IMG/VR virus record: IMGVR_UViG_3300028591_000136
Span: 1 to 64,000 of that record
Source of the DNA: a virus
Taxonomy: Duplodnaviria > Caudoviricetes
DNA length: 64,000 nt
Strand: one strand, 5' to 3'
The notes under the pieces are model-generated. The model was given only the letters and a program-made list of their open reading frames with translations. It was not told the origin of the DNA and did not search any database. Made by a program: the position numbers and the translations under genes. Position 1 is the stretch's first letter. Every line of letters starts with the position of its first letter. This document shows positions 27,001 to 37,600 of the stretch, piece after piece.

Positions 27001-27550
27001 CTCCTTGTGGTCCTTGATCTCCAGTGTCTCCTTTTTGACCCTGTGGTCCTTGAATACCTTGTGGACCTTGTATACCTTGATCGCCCCTATCTCCTTTAGG
27101 TCCTTGTGGTCCTACGTCTCCTTTATCGCCCTTATCACCTTTTTCTCCTTTTGGGCCTGTTATATATAAACTCTGTTTAGTTACTTTATAACAGTCTTCA
27201 CGTATAATAGAGTTCTTAGGTATATTTGCTTCTGCGTTTGTATTTACTATAGTAAAGATAGCTGCCTTATCATAGAATCTCCAATCATCTCCATTGTATT
27301 TACCGGTTACTTCAAGAGAATAATCTCCATTTTTAGTCTTTTTTCCGTCCCAATGTATATCAATGTGATTTGCGTCTATAATTTGGAAATCTTGTACACG
27401 ATAAAACTCTTTATAAACTTTACTATTTATAATAAGATTTGTGCAGTTGTTTAAATCAAAATCAGTTATCTCTTCACCGTTGTATTTGTACGCCCTGATT
27501 TCAATTACAGTATCAAATGTATTTCCTTTAACTATTTTTAATTTGCTCAT
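24038..27550 (-). CDS. Tail fibre / receptor-binding protein with collagen-like and modular repeats, ~1170 aa (TAG read-through)
   Basis: ATG 27550 ([12 protein letters not shown]) to TGA 24038. Gly-X-Y repeats, GKSAY repeats, QSDW...YI.NKPTIP repeats and two copies of an H.YV....W..MNLGA domain. Confidence 0.75.
26840..27155 (-). repeat. Collagen-like Gly-X-Y coding repeat
   Basis: [34 protein letters not shown]... Confidence 0.85.
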
Positions 27551-27551
27551 A

Positions 27552-29597
27552 TTAAAAGCTAAATAATGGCGTATCTTCGTGCGTATTGTTTTCTGCATCA
27601 AACCATTTTGCTCCAAACAACGGTAGCTCGAAGAGTTCAACCTGTTTGTTCTTTTCTTTTGCAGCGGCCACTTTAATCTAGAATAGTTCTTCTCTATATA
27701 TCATTACCATACACAATGCTATAACACGGTCTACGTTCTTTACACCATCTGTATTGATCAGTTCTTCTATAAGTGGTTCGCTGTATACTCTCTCTATATT
27801 AGGGTGCCCAGGTTCATATTCTTCCATCAACCATTCAAGAATAAGACCTTCTCCGTACGCCCTAATCTATTTTGTCATATGACAGCCTTTACGTCTTTGT
27901 ACTTTGCTGTCCTTAAATATCTCTGTTATTATTTTGTCTGGCTAGTCAGCTAACAAATAATCGCAATGTTTATTTGTAAAATATGGATAAATACCCTTAC
28001 GTTCATTCTCGAATAACAGCCTAGCATTATAGAACGTGAGTAGTTTTCTCACATTCTCATAATACTCTTCTGCTGTATCTGGACGCCCTGTGTATTCAGC
28101 CACGATCACGTCATTCCACGCTTCACCTGCTCTAACACGCTTAAATATGAATGTCGATCCTAATGAGTTAGTGAAGGACTCGTCGTGATCATATGGGTCA
28201 CAACCTCCAATGTATAAGCCGAATGGGGCGTCTGGGATAGGATATTCCCATATGACTATAGATCCTCTTGGCTTATCATCTCTTTTTAATGGGTAATTAG
28301 TTATATCACCAGATTTTTTCTCTATTGCTTTTACTTGACCATTATCCCAAGTTAAGTCTACTATATGCTTCATATTCTTAAGCTTAGTACTTGTTCTTAT
28401 CTTAGTTAGCTAGTCCATTAAAAGCTTCTTTGGGAAAATGTTCTTTCCCAACTCTAAGCACGCTTCTTGAGGTTTAATTGGTCTTTCTGATATAAATCTA
28501 TCTATTGCTTCTTGTGAAGCTCCACCCTCACGTACTTTATTTCTTTCTACGATAAGTCGTTCAATAGCTTTCTCTTTTAAACTATTGCCGTCCTTATCCA
28601 TGTATTCTTTTTCTTTACTTTCAAGGTTTAGATATGCTGGTGCAAAGAATCCGCATGTAGTTTGTTCTGCATTATCATCCCAGATATTAGGAAAACCTAA
28701 TACATTAAATGCGTCTGGATGATAGAACATCTTCTTTAGACCATCAAATGACGCACCCTCTGTACCACCTGTACCAAAAGCTATAAGTAATCCGAATGCT
28801 ACACCATCGTCGGTTTCTACAGCAGGACGTTCAATTTGCCATGCTGTTTCTAGACCTGGAAACTTACCACCTTCTTCAAATAGTACCAGCTTGCCACGAG
28901 TACCACGAAGACGTTCTGGGTCATTCTTAAGTGTTACACCAGTTATTGCTGAGAGATATCCTTGTTCTGTTTGCTTACCGAATTCATCAGTAACCTTAAA
29001 GCCGGATACCCTCTCCATTCTTGTAGAAGTAAGGCGTTGCTTGGACCATGCTGTATTCTTATCAATAAAGTCCATGATCTACCAGGCTTTGGTTAATATC
29101 CCATCGCCAACAAGAAACTTTTGCTCACTAGCCACAGCGAAATTTTTGCTTCCTGGGATAAGTTCATAATTTCTGACTAACATTGAAGCTCCTTTAAAAC
29201 TGTATCCTCTCTGTCTACATTTAAGAACGGCCATATGCTTTCCTTGCTATTCAGCTTCTTCTATTGCATGAAAGTAATAATAATCTGAGTCCCAGAAGTT
29301 AGGAAAGTCAAATATACGTTCACGTTTAGTACGTTTTACGCCATAACGGTCTGTATACTCTTCTTCCTTAAGTATCATTATAGGACTGTAATTTAAGTAA
29401 AAATAGTGGTACCCAGTGATAGCATCGCCATCAGGCGCCACATAACCATTTAAACATCTATTAGTCTCCTGCTCCCAAAACTATATATAGTCGGTAGTTC
29501 CTCTGGGAGCAAGAGTATAACATCCGTGTTCCTAGAAGAACAATGCGCTCTATCTGAACTTATCGCTGTTATAAATCTTTTTGTTAAAGTCTACCAT
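27552..29597 (-). CDS. terL: Terminase large subunit, 681 aa (TAG read-through)
   Basis: Walker A-like KCRQRGYS, Walker B VLFEEGG and nuclease motif GGCDPYD. Fragments 29247, 28410 and 27942 are in one frame. Confidence 0.9.
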
Positions 29598-29601
29598 ATA
29601 T

Positions 29602-30165
29602 TTACATTAACGAATTTAGTCTATTCATCCATCCTTTAAGCCATTTCTTCTGGGATGGATTCTTTTTAACTATTGCTTCGAAGTAGGCCTTTCTAGCATT
29701 ATATACCTTTGTCTTAATATCCTTAGCGTTGTTCAAAGCAGTAACAGTCTTAGGACCTACTATACCGTCTGCTGTAACACCAAGTAATGTTTGTACCTTC
29801 TTAATAGTAGCAGCTCCTGAGTGCCATACCCAATCCACAACCATATTCGCTACAGATTGATCTTGTATGGTATCAGCCTTCCACTTATTCCAGTACATAC
29901 TGTATACAACATCTCTCCATACTTTGTACGGCATATTCTTAAGATCTTGTACGCTAGGAGTTCTCTGTCCCTTATATCTGCAATACGATCTATATGCACC
30001 GATAGTTACGCCAACCATAGTAGCGCCGCCAGTATCATTAGGATCATTAACAAATCCCCTTTTCGTAGCTCTTTTATACGCATCTTCTAAAGACTCTCCT
30101 TGTTTTACTATTATACTTGCTTCCCACTGTAATAGAATGGGAATAAACTTATCTATTTGTGCCAT
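29602..30165 (-). CDS. Endolysin, glycoside hydrolase family 108 with peptidoglycan-binding domain
   Basis: Motifs WEA...GFVNDPNDTGGATMVGVT, ADGIVGPKT and KWLKGWMNR. Confidence 0.85.
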   Translation of the reverse strand: MAQIDKFIPILLQWEASIIVKQGESLEDAYKRATKRGFVNDPNDTGGATMVGVTIGAYRSYCRYKGQRTPSVQDLKNMPYKVWRDVVYSMYWNKWKADTIQDQSVANMVVDWVWHSGAATIKKVQTLLGVTADGIVGPKTVTALNNAKDIKTKVYNARKAYFEAIVKKNPSQKKWLKGWMNRLNSLM

Positions 30166-30683
30166 TATCTTACTGTTTCATATAAACCTATAGTACCGCC
30201 ACCTTTAACTCTACCAGCTTCAACTTGTTCAGCTTTAGCTTGTTTCATAGCTATATCTAATGACTTTACTATGTTACCTACATCCTTTAATATCCTTGTA
30301 ACCTTTATAGCAGTATCTATATCCATTAGACCACTAGAGTAATCATTTAGAGCTGCTATAAGTCCTTCTGCTGCTGTCTAAGACGCTGATAATAATCTTG
30401 TACCAGGTGTTTCCTGAAACTCTAAGAATCGTCTTGCAAGCTATTGTACTTCTTCAGAAGGTACGTAATGTTCATCTTTGAACACGTCTTTGGCTACTAT
30501 AGATGCTCTCTCATTAATGGGGTATGCTTCATAGGGAGTATTCCATCTATGTAGCCAGATTACGTATTCAATTTCTTTCAATGCTTTCTGTTTATCTTTA
30601 GCATTGTTGTAATGATCTTTAAAGGGAGGTATAGCTAAGTCATCAGTAGACAACTTAATTTTATCCCCTTGAATATCAAACAT
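30165..30683 (-). CDS. Conserved protein upstream of lysin/TerL (candidate small terminase), 172 aa (TAG read-through)
   Basis: Fragment 30441..30683 extends through TAGs to TAA at 30165. Helical, with C-terminal RVKGGGTIGLYE. Confidence 0.5.
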
Positions 30684-31068
30684 ATTGTCTTATTATCTTT
30701 GAAAACATTTTGTACATTCTCTATACTAGATAACCTATAAGATAAGCAGCATCTTCACTACTTTCAGGTATATCGTAATAAGAACATACATGAGATTGGA
30801 CATGCTTAGCTTCATGTATAGCAGTATTAACAAATTGACTTATATCTGAAGAAGGACCTATACATATTATACTCATCTTATAATCTGAGTTACTAAAAGT
30901 AAAACCTGTATTCTCTTTAGTTAATACTTTTAATGATTTATGTATATCACTCCTAGAACAACCTATCTGTTTTAAGGCATCTTCTACTTCTATAAAGTCT
31001 TCTCTATGTACACCATAATATACTAACACATTCCAACCTGTACCTAATTTTATATATTGTGCTATCAT
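30676..31068 (-). CDS. HExxH-motif small protein, 130 aa (TAG read-through)
   Basis: Motif AIHEAKH...SEDAAYLIGYL. TGA at 30676. Confidence 0.6.
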
Positions 31069-31562
31069 ATCTATGGGCTTAGTCTATTTTCTAATCTTGC
31101 AAGTATATTCTCAATCTTATCCATACGACCAGAGATATTCTCTATAGCTTCGTCACGTTCTTGTTCCTTAGCATATACTGGACTTAGACTCTTTAATATC
31201 TTCTCACAAGCTGTTATATTAGATTTATGTTGCTCTACATTAGATAGTATACTCTTACTATTCTCTAACATAGATGTAACTTCCTAAATCATATTATCCT
31301 TAGATTCACTAAGCACATAGTCTCCATAAGAATGAATGGATGATGTACTAGGTACACCTACAAATTCTTTCTTATCATTGTCTACCTTAACTGTAATATC
31401 AACTACGGTTTGTAGGTTAGCCCCAAAACTTACATTGGGATTATAGTTAGGATACATTGGGTGTGGAGCACTAATACGCTCTACATAACCCGTAACTACT
31501 TTTGGTTCAGAACTCTTATCTAATACATAAAGAGTCTAACCTTGTCGCAATCCTGAAAACAT
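31065..31562 (-). CDS. Hypothetical protein of the GN-rich cassette, 165 aa (TAG read-through)
   Basis: MFSGLRQG(Q)TLYVLDKS... is in frame with fragment 31071..31271. C-terminal coiled coil. Confidence 0.65.
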
Positions 31563-31617
31563 ACTTGTAAACATTATGGCCTTTGCGGGGGCCTAAGCCC
31601 CCTCACAGACCGATTAA

Positions 31618-31926
31618 TCATGCGAATCTACCCATTCTATTTCTACGCATACGAGTACTACGACGATAGCTGTGGTGTGTATCCTCATCTTCGTCATTAA
31701 AGTTACGCATTGCATAGTGACGATTATACTTACTCTTAAAACCAAGATCAGTACCTTCTTCAGACTTCTCGTCTTCTTTCTCGTCTTTAGAATCTTCAAA
31801 ACAATCGTACAGCGTATCTTCGAGCTCACACAGTACCATCTTCTTCTCATGACCGAGTTCGTGTAACTCTTCAACAAGATCCAAAGCTCTTTCCTGTGCA
31901 GCTTCGCGCATTTCTATTACCATCAT
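31618..31926 (-). CDS. Acidic/Arg-rich hypothetical protein of the GN-rich cassette
   Basis: Intact ORF ending RMRRNRMGRFA, followed by the hairpin GGGGGC-CTAA-GCCCCC at ~31587-31602. Confidence 0.65.
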   Translation of the reverse strand: MMVIEMREAAQERALDLVEELHELGHEKKMVLCELEDTLYDCFEDSKDEKEDEKSEEGTDLGFKSKYNRHYAMRNFNDEDEDTHHSYRRSTRMRRNRMGRFA

Positions 31927-31952
31927 AATTCAATAAGTTTTAAATGTTATTA

Positions 31953-32330
31953 TTAAGCTGCAGGAATAGCAGTGGTCATTAACTGCATCAGGTTAGCATC
32001 CTTATCATAATATATAAGGTATACACCAGTACCAGTTATCTGAGCTGCAGTAATTGCAGTTCCACCGATATTCGTCAGCGGTTGTGTAAAATCATTCGAT
32101 GAGAACAACACTGGGAGTGTTCCTGTAGTACCTTCCGGTATAGGCTGGTTCAGACGGAGCAGTATAACTCCTTTATCATTCAACCACCTAAATGATCTAT
32201 TTGGAAGATTAAGTACTACATTCGTGTCTGTCACTGTAACAGACGTAGTTTCCAGCATTGGAATTCCTCTCCTATTAGAGAAATTGAAAGGATAATTAGT
32301 AGTACCAAACATAAGTACCTCCTTTCTCAA
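31953..32330 (-). CDS. Beta-rich hypothetical protein of the GN-rich cassette
   Basis: Intact ORF; the start may instead be MFGTT at ~32312. Confidence 0.6.
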   Translation of the reverse strand: MRKEVLMFGTTNYPFNFSNRRGIPMLETTSVTVTDTNVVLNLPNRSFRWLNDKGVILLRLNQPIPEGTTGTLPVLFSSNDFTQPLTNIGGTAITAAQITGTGVYLIYYDKDANLMQLMTTAIPAA

Positions 32331-33212
32331 TCAATTCCAGAAGCTATTAGAACCCCAACCGTTGTTGCCATAGAATACTCCAGCATAAGGAGTAGTGTTC
32401 ACAGCAGTAACATTAGGCCACTGAACAGGAATTGTATTAGGCTGTGAAGCCTTAATAGCAGCGAGTTCAGCAGTAACTGTATTGAACTTCTCGTTGATAA
32501 ATGCGGTCTGTGCGGCATTGTTTGCATTTGCACGTAACAGAGCATTGTCAGCAGTAAGCGTATCAATCTTACCCTGCAATTCTCTCTTTTCAAGATCGCA
32601 GAACTTATCGTTGATCATAACTGACTGAGCAGAAATAGCATCAACGATATCGCGAGTATTACGCTCAGCTTGAGTAGACAGTGTATTAGTCTACTGACAT
32701 ACAGCTAATTGATCTGCAGCTTGGTTAGCAGCCATCTGAGACTGTAATGCATTAGTCTGATTAGCAATAGCCAAACGATTCTCGCAGCAGCACTGACAAA
32801 TCTGCGAAGCAATAGAAGCATTACCACTCTGTATTGCATTCTGGATCTGCAGTCCGCTCATGCCAACCTGAGTACCTACAGAGGTAATAGCATTGTTCAA
32901 TGTGAATATACCGTTCTGGACTGTATTTATTTCAGTATTCAACAGACCAGCGAGATCACGGATAGCGTTGCCGTTACCCTGAATTGCATTCATCAGTAAC
33001 TCTCTACCGCTATCGTTTGCAATCTGGTTAGATAGGAATCCGTTGTTTCCACCGAAACCATTGCCTCCCCAGCCCCAAATGAGCCAAAGGAACAAAATCC
33101 ATATCCAGTTATTACCACCAAATCCACCGTTGTTGTTCAAAGCCATCAACAGATTTGGATCAATACTATTACCCCCTACCTCAGGGAACATCATAATTTT
33201 TGAACTTTCCAT
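32331..33212 (-). CDS. Gly/Asn-rich membrane-anchored coiled-coil protein, 293 aa (one TAG)
   Basis: Fragments 32691..33212 and 32331..32618 are in frame. Motifs GGFGGNNWIWILFLWLIWGWGGNGFGG and QICQCCCEN. Confidence 0.75.
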
Positions 33213-33270
33213 ATTTTAATTTAAATTAACTGAGACAAATTACACGGCTGTCTCAACACCGTACTTCTGA

Positions 33271-33313
33271 GTGCATAGGTAGGAATCGAACCTACATTAA
33301 CCATTCTATGCAT
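33271..33313 (-). ncRNA. tRNA-like minihelix (acceptor stem plus T-arm, no anticodon arm)
   Basis: Minus strand TGCATAG-aatggttaat-GTAGG-TTCGATT-CCTAC-CTATGCA. Confidence 0.55.
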
Positions 33314-33344
33314 CCTTATTTTATACACTTAAGGTTGTGTTATA

Positions 33345-34670
33345 TTACATATATTCTTCGATAAGTGCTAACGCAGGTCTTCCTGCAGCAATCCAAGCTT
33401 CTTCATTTTGATATCTTGTCAGTTCGCTAATTCCTTTAAATGTAATACCAAGTGTACTCCACTAATTGTCATTCTGATAAGTAGATATAGATGCGTCTGG
33501 AACATATACCTATCCGACAAAACCATTAAATATAGTATTCCATTTTTGATTATTGTTTGTTACATCTACATCAGCCTAATCGTTTTTATTACACAACGTT
33601 GGTGGCGTACTATTATTTATTACAAGTGCAGTTATAGATGAAATTGAAAATGAGGCAGGATATAATTTAGTTAAGTTTTTAAAATACATTGTTTTACAAC
33701 TAGTTATTCTACCAAATGAACCACCATATAAAGTATTATATCCAGCATTATAATAAGAAGTATCTGCATGAGAACTTGTGATTCTTGGAAGATAAATTTG
33801 TCCAATAGTTGAACCACCAAATAACGTATTACTAGCAGTTATTTCGTATACATTTTTTAAATTTAATACCACATTAGACAGGCCTGGACATTTCCCAAAT
33901 GCAGAGCCGCCTAATTTCTAAACGTTTTCTAATGTAGATATAGATGATAACGACAAACAATTTTCAAAACCGGAATTTTTAATTTCTGTTACTGTTTGTG
34001 GTATATTAACTTCTGTTAATGAACTACAGTTAGCAAAACAAAAAACACCAACAGTAGATATATTACCGATGTTTATAATATTTGTAATCTTTGTGTTTGT
34101 AAAACAACCGCTAATATTATTACCTAACAATTCACCAGTTAAATTTGGCGCGTTTATTTCCATCTCTAATGAGGTACAGTTACAAAATGCACGATCTAAC
34201 GTTACCATATTACTTATGTCGATTGTTTTTAAATTAGAACAACCATAAAATGTTTGATTTAATTGTGTACAATTATGAAAAACTGTACCAAAATCACTCA
34301 TATCTACAATGTCTGTATTATTTGTAAATACATCCCCCATTGAAGTAACTCTTGTGGCATCTGAGTCTGTTAGTCCTATACCATCTGAAGAATACCTGGT
34401 AATAGCTACCTATTCAGCATAACTATCTTTAAGATTTACATACAAACTTGTCGCATCTATAAAAAAATTATTAAATTTATTAGTGAGAAAATTTTTCCTA
34501 TTTTCATAGCATGCATGCACGCTAACTCTACCTTGTATAACGCTTGTAGAATCTAACTAACTAGTTATGCCTAAAGTTAAATCTTCATACGCTAATTCAT
34601 ATAATTTATCTATTATTTGTGTAGATACATTTTCAATTCCGCTCGTCGATTGTTTTATTTCTAAATGCAT
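33345..34670 (-). CDS. BspA-type leucine-rich repeat protein, 441 aa (TAG read-through)
   Basis: ATG 34670 to TAA 33345. Motifs FANCSSLTEVNIPQTVTEIKNSGFENC and YVPDASISTY. Confidence 0.7.
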
Positions 34671-34672
34671 AA

Positions 34673-37600
34673 TTAAACAGTTTGATATAATGTGTCAAAT
34701 AATGTAAACCCTCTTACATTAGTAATATTACATCCGTTTAATATAACATTACTAAGTGATGATGAATTTTGTATACTAAAAGTAGTTCCAGTTTCTCCAA
34801 GTACTGTAGGGTTGCTAATAGAAACCGATATTGGAGAACCGAGCTGTAGCGATGAAACTGCACTATTTACAAGTACTATTCCTGCAGATGTTCCGCGCAA
34901 ATCTATAGAAGTAATATATTGTGATGTTGTAAGATCTAATACAGAACCGTTCAGTCCAGTACATCCGTTCAACGAAATTGACGTTAGAGAAGTAATATTG
35001 CTTACATCCAACTAATTGTTTCCAGTAGCCAAATCATTAAGTGTTATCTACGTAAGTCCATCGAGAGTAATGCTTGTGATATACTTCATATACGTAAATA
35101 CACTATAGTTGGTATTTGCAAGCAGACTTGTTACATTGCTATTAGATAAATCTAGAGGTCCATATAAACTCAAAAGTTCTGTTTTATACAGATTTCCGTT
35201 AAATCCTTGAAGGTTATAGTCTGTTGTATATTTTTGAGAAAGTGCTGCGTACAACGGATCTGAGACGCTATAGTTTACAAGAGGATAATTATCGTCCCAA
35301 ACAATTATTGTTATCTGTTTAGTAAATGGACTTCTACCACCAACAGTAATTCTTGCTGTTAATCTATACTTCTTCATTTGCGCAGGTACGCTTATTACCT
35401 GTACTGTCATTCCGCCATTAGAACTGTCTCTAGTATAACCAAGAGTTTCGTCCAAAACTAGCTGGTTAATTGTATTATCTCCGACAGAAAGATCTGTGGA
35501 GTCTATATATCCGCCAGTACTGTTTGTAGGAATATCAATGTCTTGTAGATAATATTCAACCTTCTTTAATGTTGCTGTATATCCACCCCCTCTGTTTATG
35601 GAGAATTCGTTCTTCTGATTTCTATACGTCATTACATACGTATCTGGTAAAGTTGCTAAAGAAGCATATGCCTGTCCGAATAAATCTGCAGCCATGTTTC
35701 TTGTATACACAAACTTACGTACGTTGTTTGGAATTACAAAATCAAAATCTACAGGATATGTCACACCTATTATATTTATCTCAACAGAATCGTGCTGTAG
35801 CCTTTGTGCAAGCGGTTTAGTCATATCTACATAATATACATTAACCCACACGCTGTAATCGCCATAGTCGCCTTCTTCTGTAACAAGTGCCATACCTCCA
35901 TTGTTTCTCTTCTGCAAATATGCTGATTTCTGTCTATTTGAAATACTGCCGTTTTCTGTTTCTGATACTGTCCACAAATACTGGTTCTCTTGAATATTCT
36001 ACAAGTTGTGTTCGTCACCGAGTATATAGTTGTCATATCTATTTATACTCAACGTAAAGCTTGTAGCTGCAAGATTTACAGAATTTGGTTCGTTAATATA
36101 CAGATTACCTGTTTCCAAATCTACATCTGCACCCTTAACGCTAATTCTAACAAATCCACTATCCTGGTCTACAACAAGGTTTGTATTAGTTGTACCAACA
36201 TCAAATACATGCTCACCGAAGATATTTTGCAGTTCCGCTACTTGTATTGCGGTAAGATTTGTATTGTCTGATATAATGACATATCCTCTCAAATTATAAA
36301 GGATACCATCATTACCAATCTTACTTAAACGAATTAGGTCTTTATAATACAGCTTTGTAGTTCCATCACCCCAGTTGATCTGTTCTGCGTATATAACCTT
36401 TGTAGCAAGTACATCCCACAATGCAGCTTCTAACTGGCTTTCTGTATAAGATGGATGTGCAGATCTTATATCTGCTTCGATATTGTTTATCCAGCTTAGT
36501 ACCATGTCTAAAGAACACTGATTTTTTGCAGTAGTTCCTTTGAACTTTATAGTATTTACCGAAGAAGGTATTCCAGACAATTTATTGTATTGTGAAGATG
36601 TAGACGTCAATGCCGTGCTACTCCAGAAACTGATATCCTCCCAAGAACTGTTTACAAACTCCAATGTAGTTACGCTAGCCGGAAGTCTAAGATCTGTAAA
36701 CCTGTTACCTGAATTTGAAGTCTTAAACTCAGTAGCCATATCACAACCCATTGCGTAGAAAGTAGTTATATTCTTTCTATCATAACCTGTGCCAGAGAAT
36801 ATATCCGATAACCATCCAGATACACCTTGTGATGTCTGCTTGTTGTACCAACCAATAACATCCAAATGCTCTAAGTTTTCAAGAGCATCGTTACCATCGG
36901 CCGTAATTGCAGTAATACCGTTCTGACCAATACTCAGGTTGCTTGTGTACTGTGTTTCGTTTGGATTAGTATAGATATTAGGTGTACAAGGAGCTCCAAG
37001 TTTTAAGGTTTTTAGTGATGCACCAAGTACATTGTCGTACGAGTCTTCAAAGCTTATGTCGGTATATCCTCTACCTATGTTGTTGGTAGAACTTGTTAGC
37101 AATCCGCTAAGATCCAAACCTTCTATAGATGACGCTCCAAAAATGAAACATGGTTGCTTGTCTTCGAGCTGAACAAAAGCATCTATCTGTGCTTCTCCGC
37201 CTGGAGTAACGCTTGCTTCTGTCAAACCGTCTCCGAGGACCGTAACTATTTCGTCACCCTTAGAACCATACTATGCTTTAAAGAATGTATCGTTTGTAGG
37301 ATAAATCTTTATAAGGTTATATCCGCTTATATCCTGTGGTTTACTGATACGGAACTATATGGAATGTTTGGTAAAGTCTCCACAAGACCATTTTGCGTCA
37401 TAATAGTTCATTGACTTACTCAACCACCAGTGTCTATGAGACGTTCTAGCACCATTGAGGTATAATCTATATTTCGGGTTTTTAGTAGCATCGATATACT
37501 TATAATGTCCAGATTCGTTATATAAAGTTTCTGACCACTTCTCAACATACTCTTCATCAAACATTTTAGATGCGTTGTCGTAGGTAAGTCCAGCTTGATA

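Noticed and set aside
24038-27550. Diversity-generating retroelement target/template pair
   Set aside because: The duplicated domains are highly diverged rather than differing only at adenines, and there is no reverse transcriptase in the window.
27551-27640. N-terminal extension of the tail fibre ORF given in the track
   Set aside because: It overlaps the TerL C-terminus; the ATG at 27550 directly follows the TerL stop.
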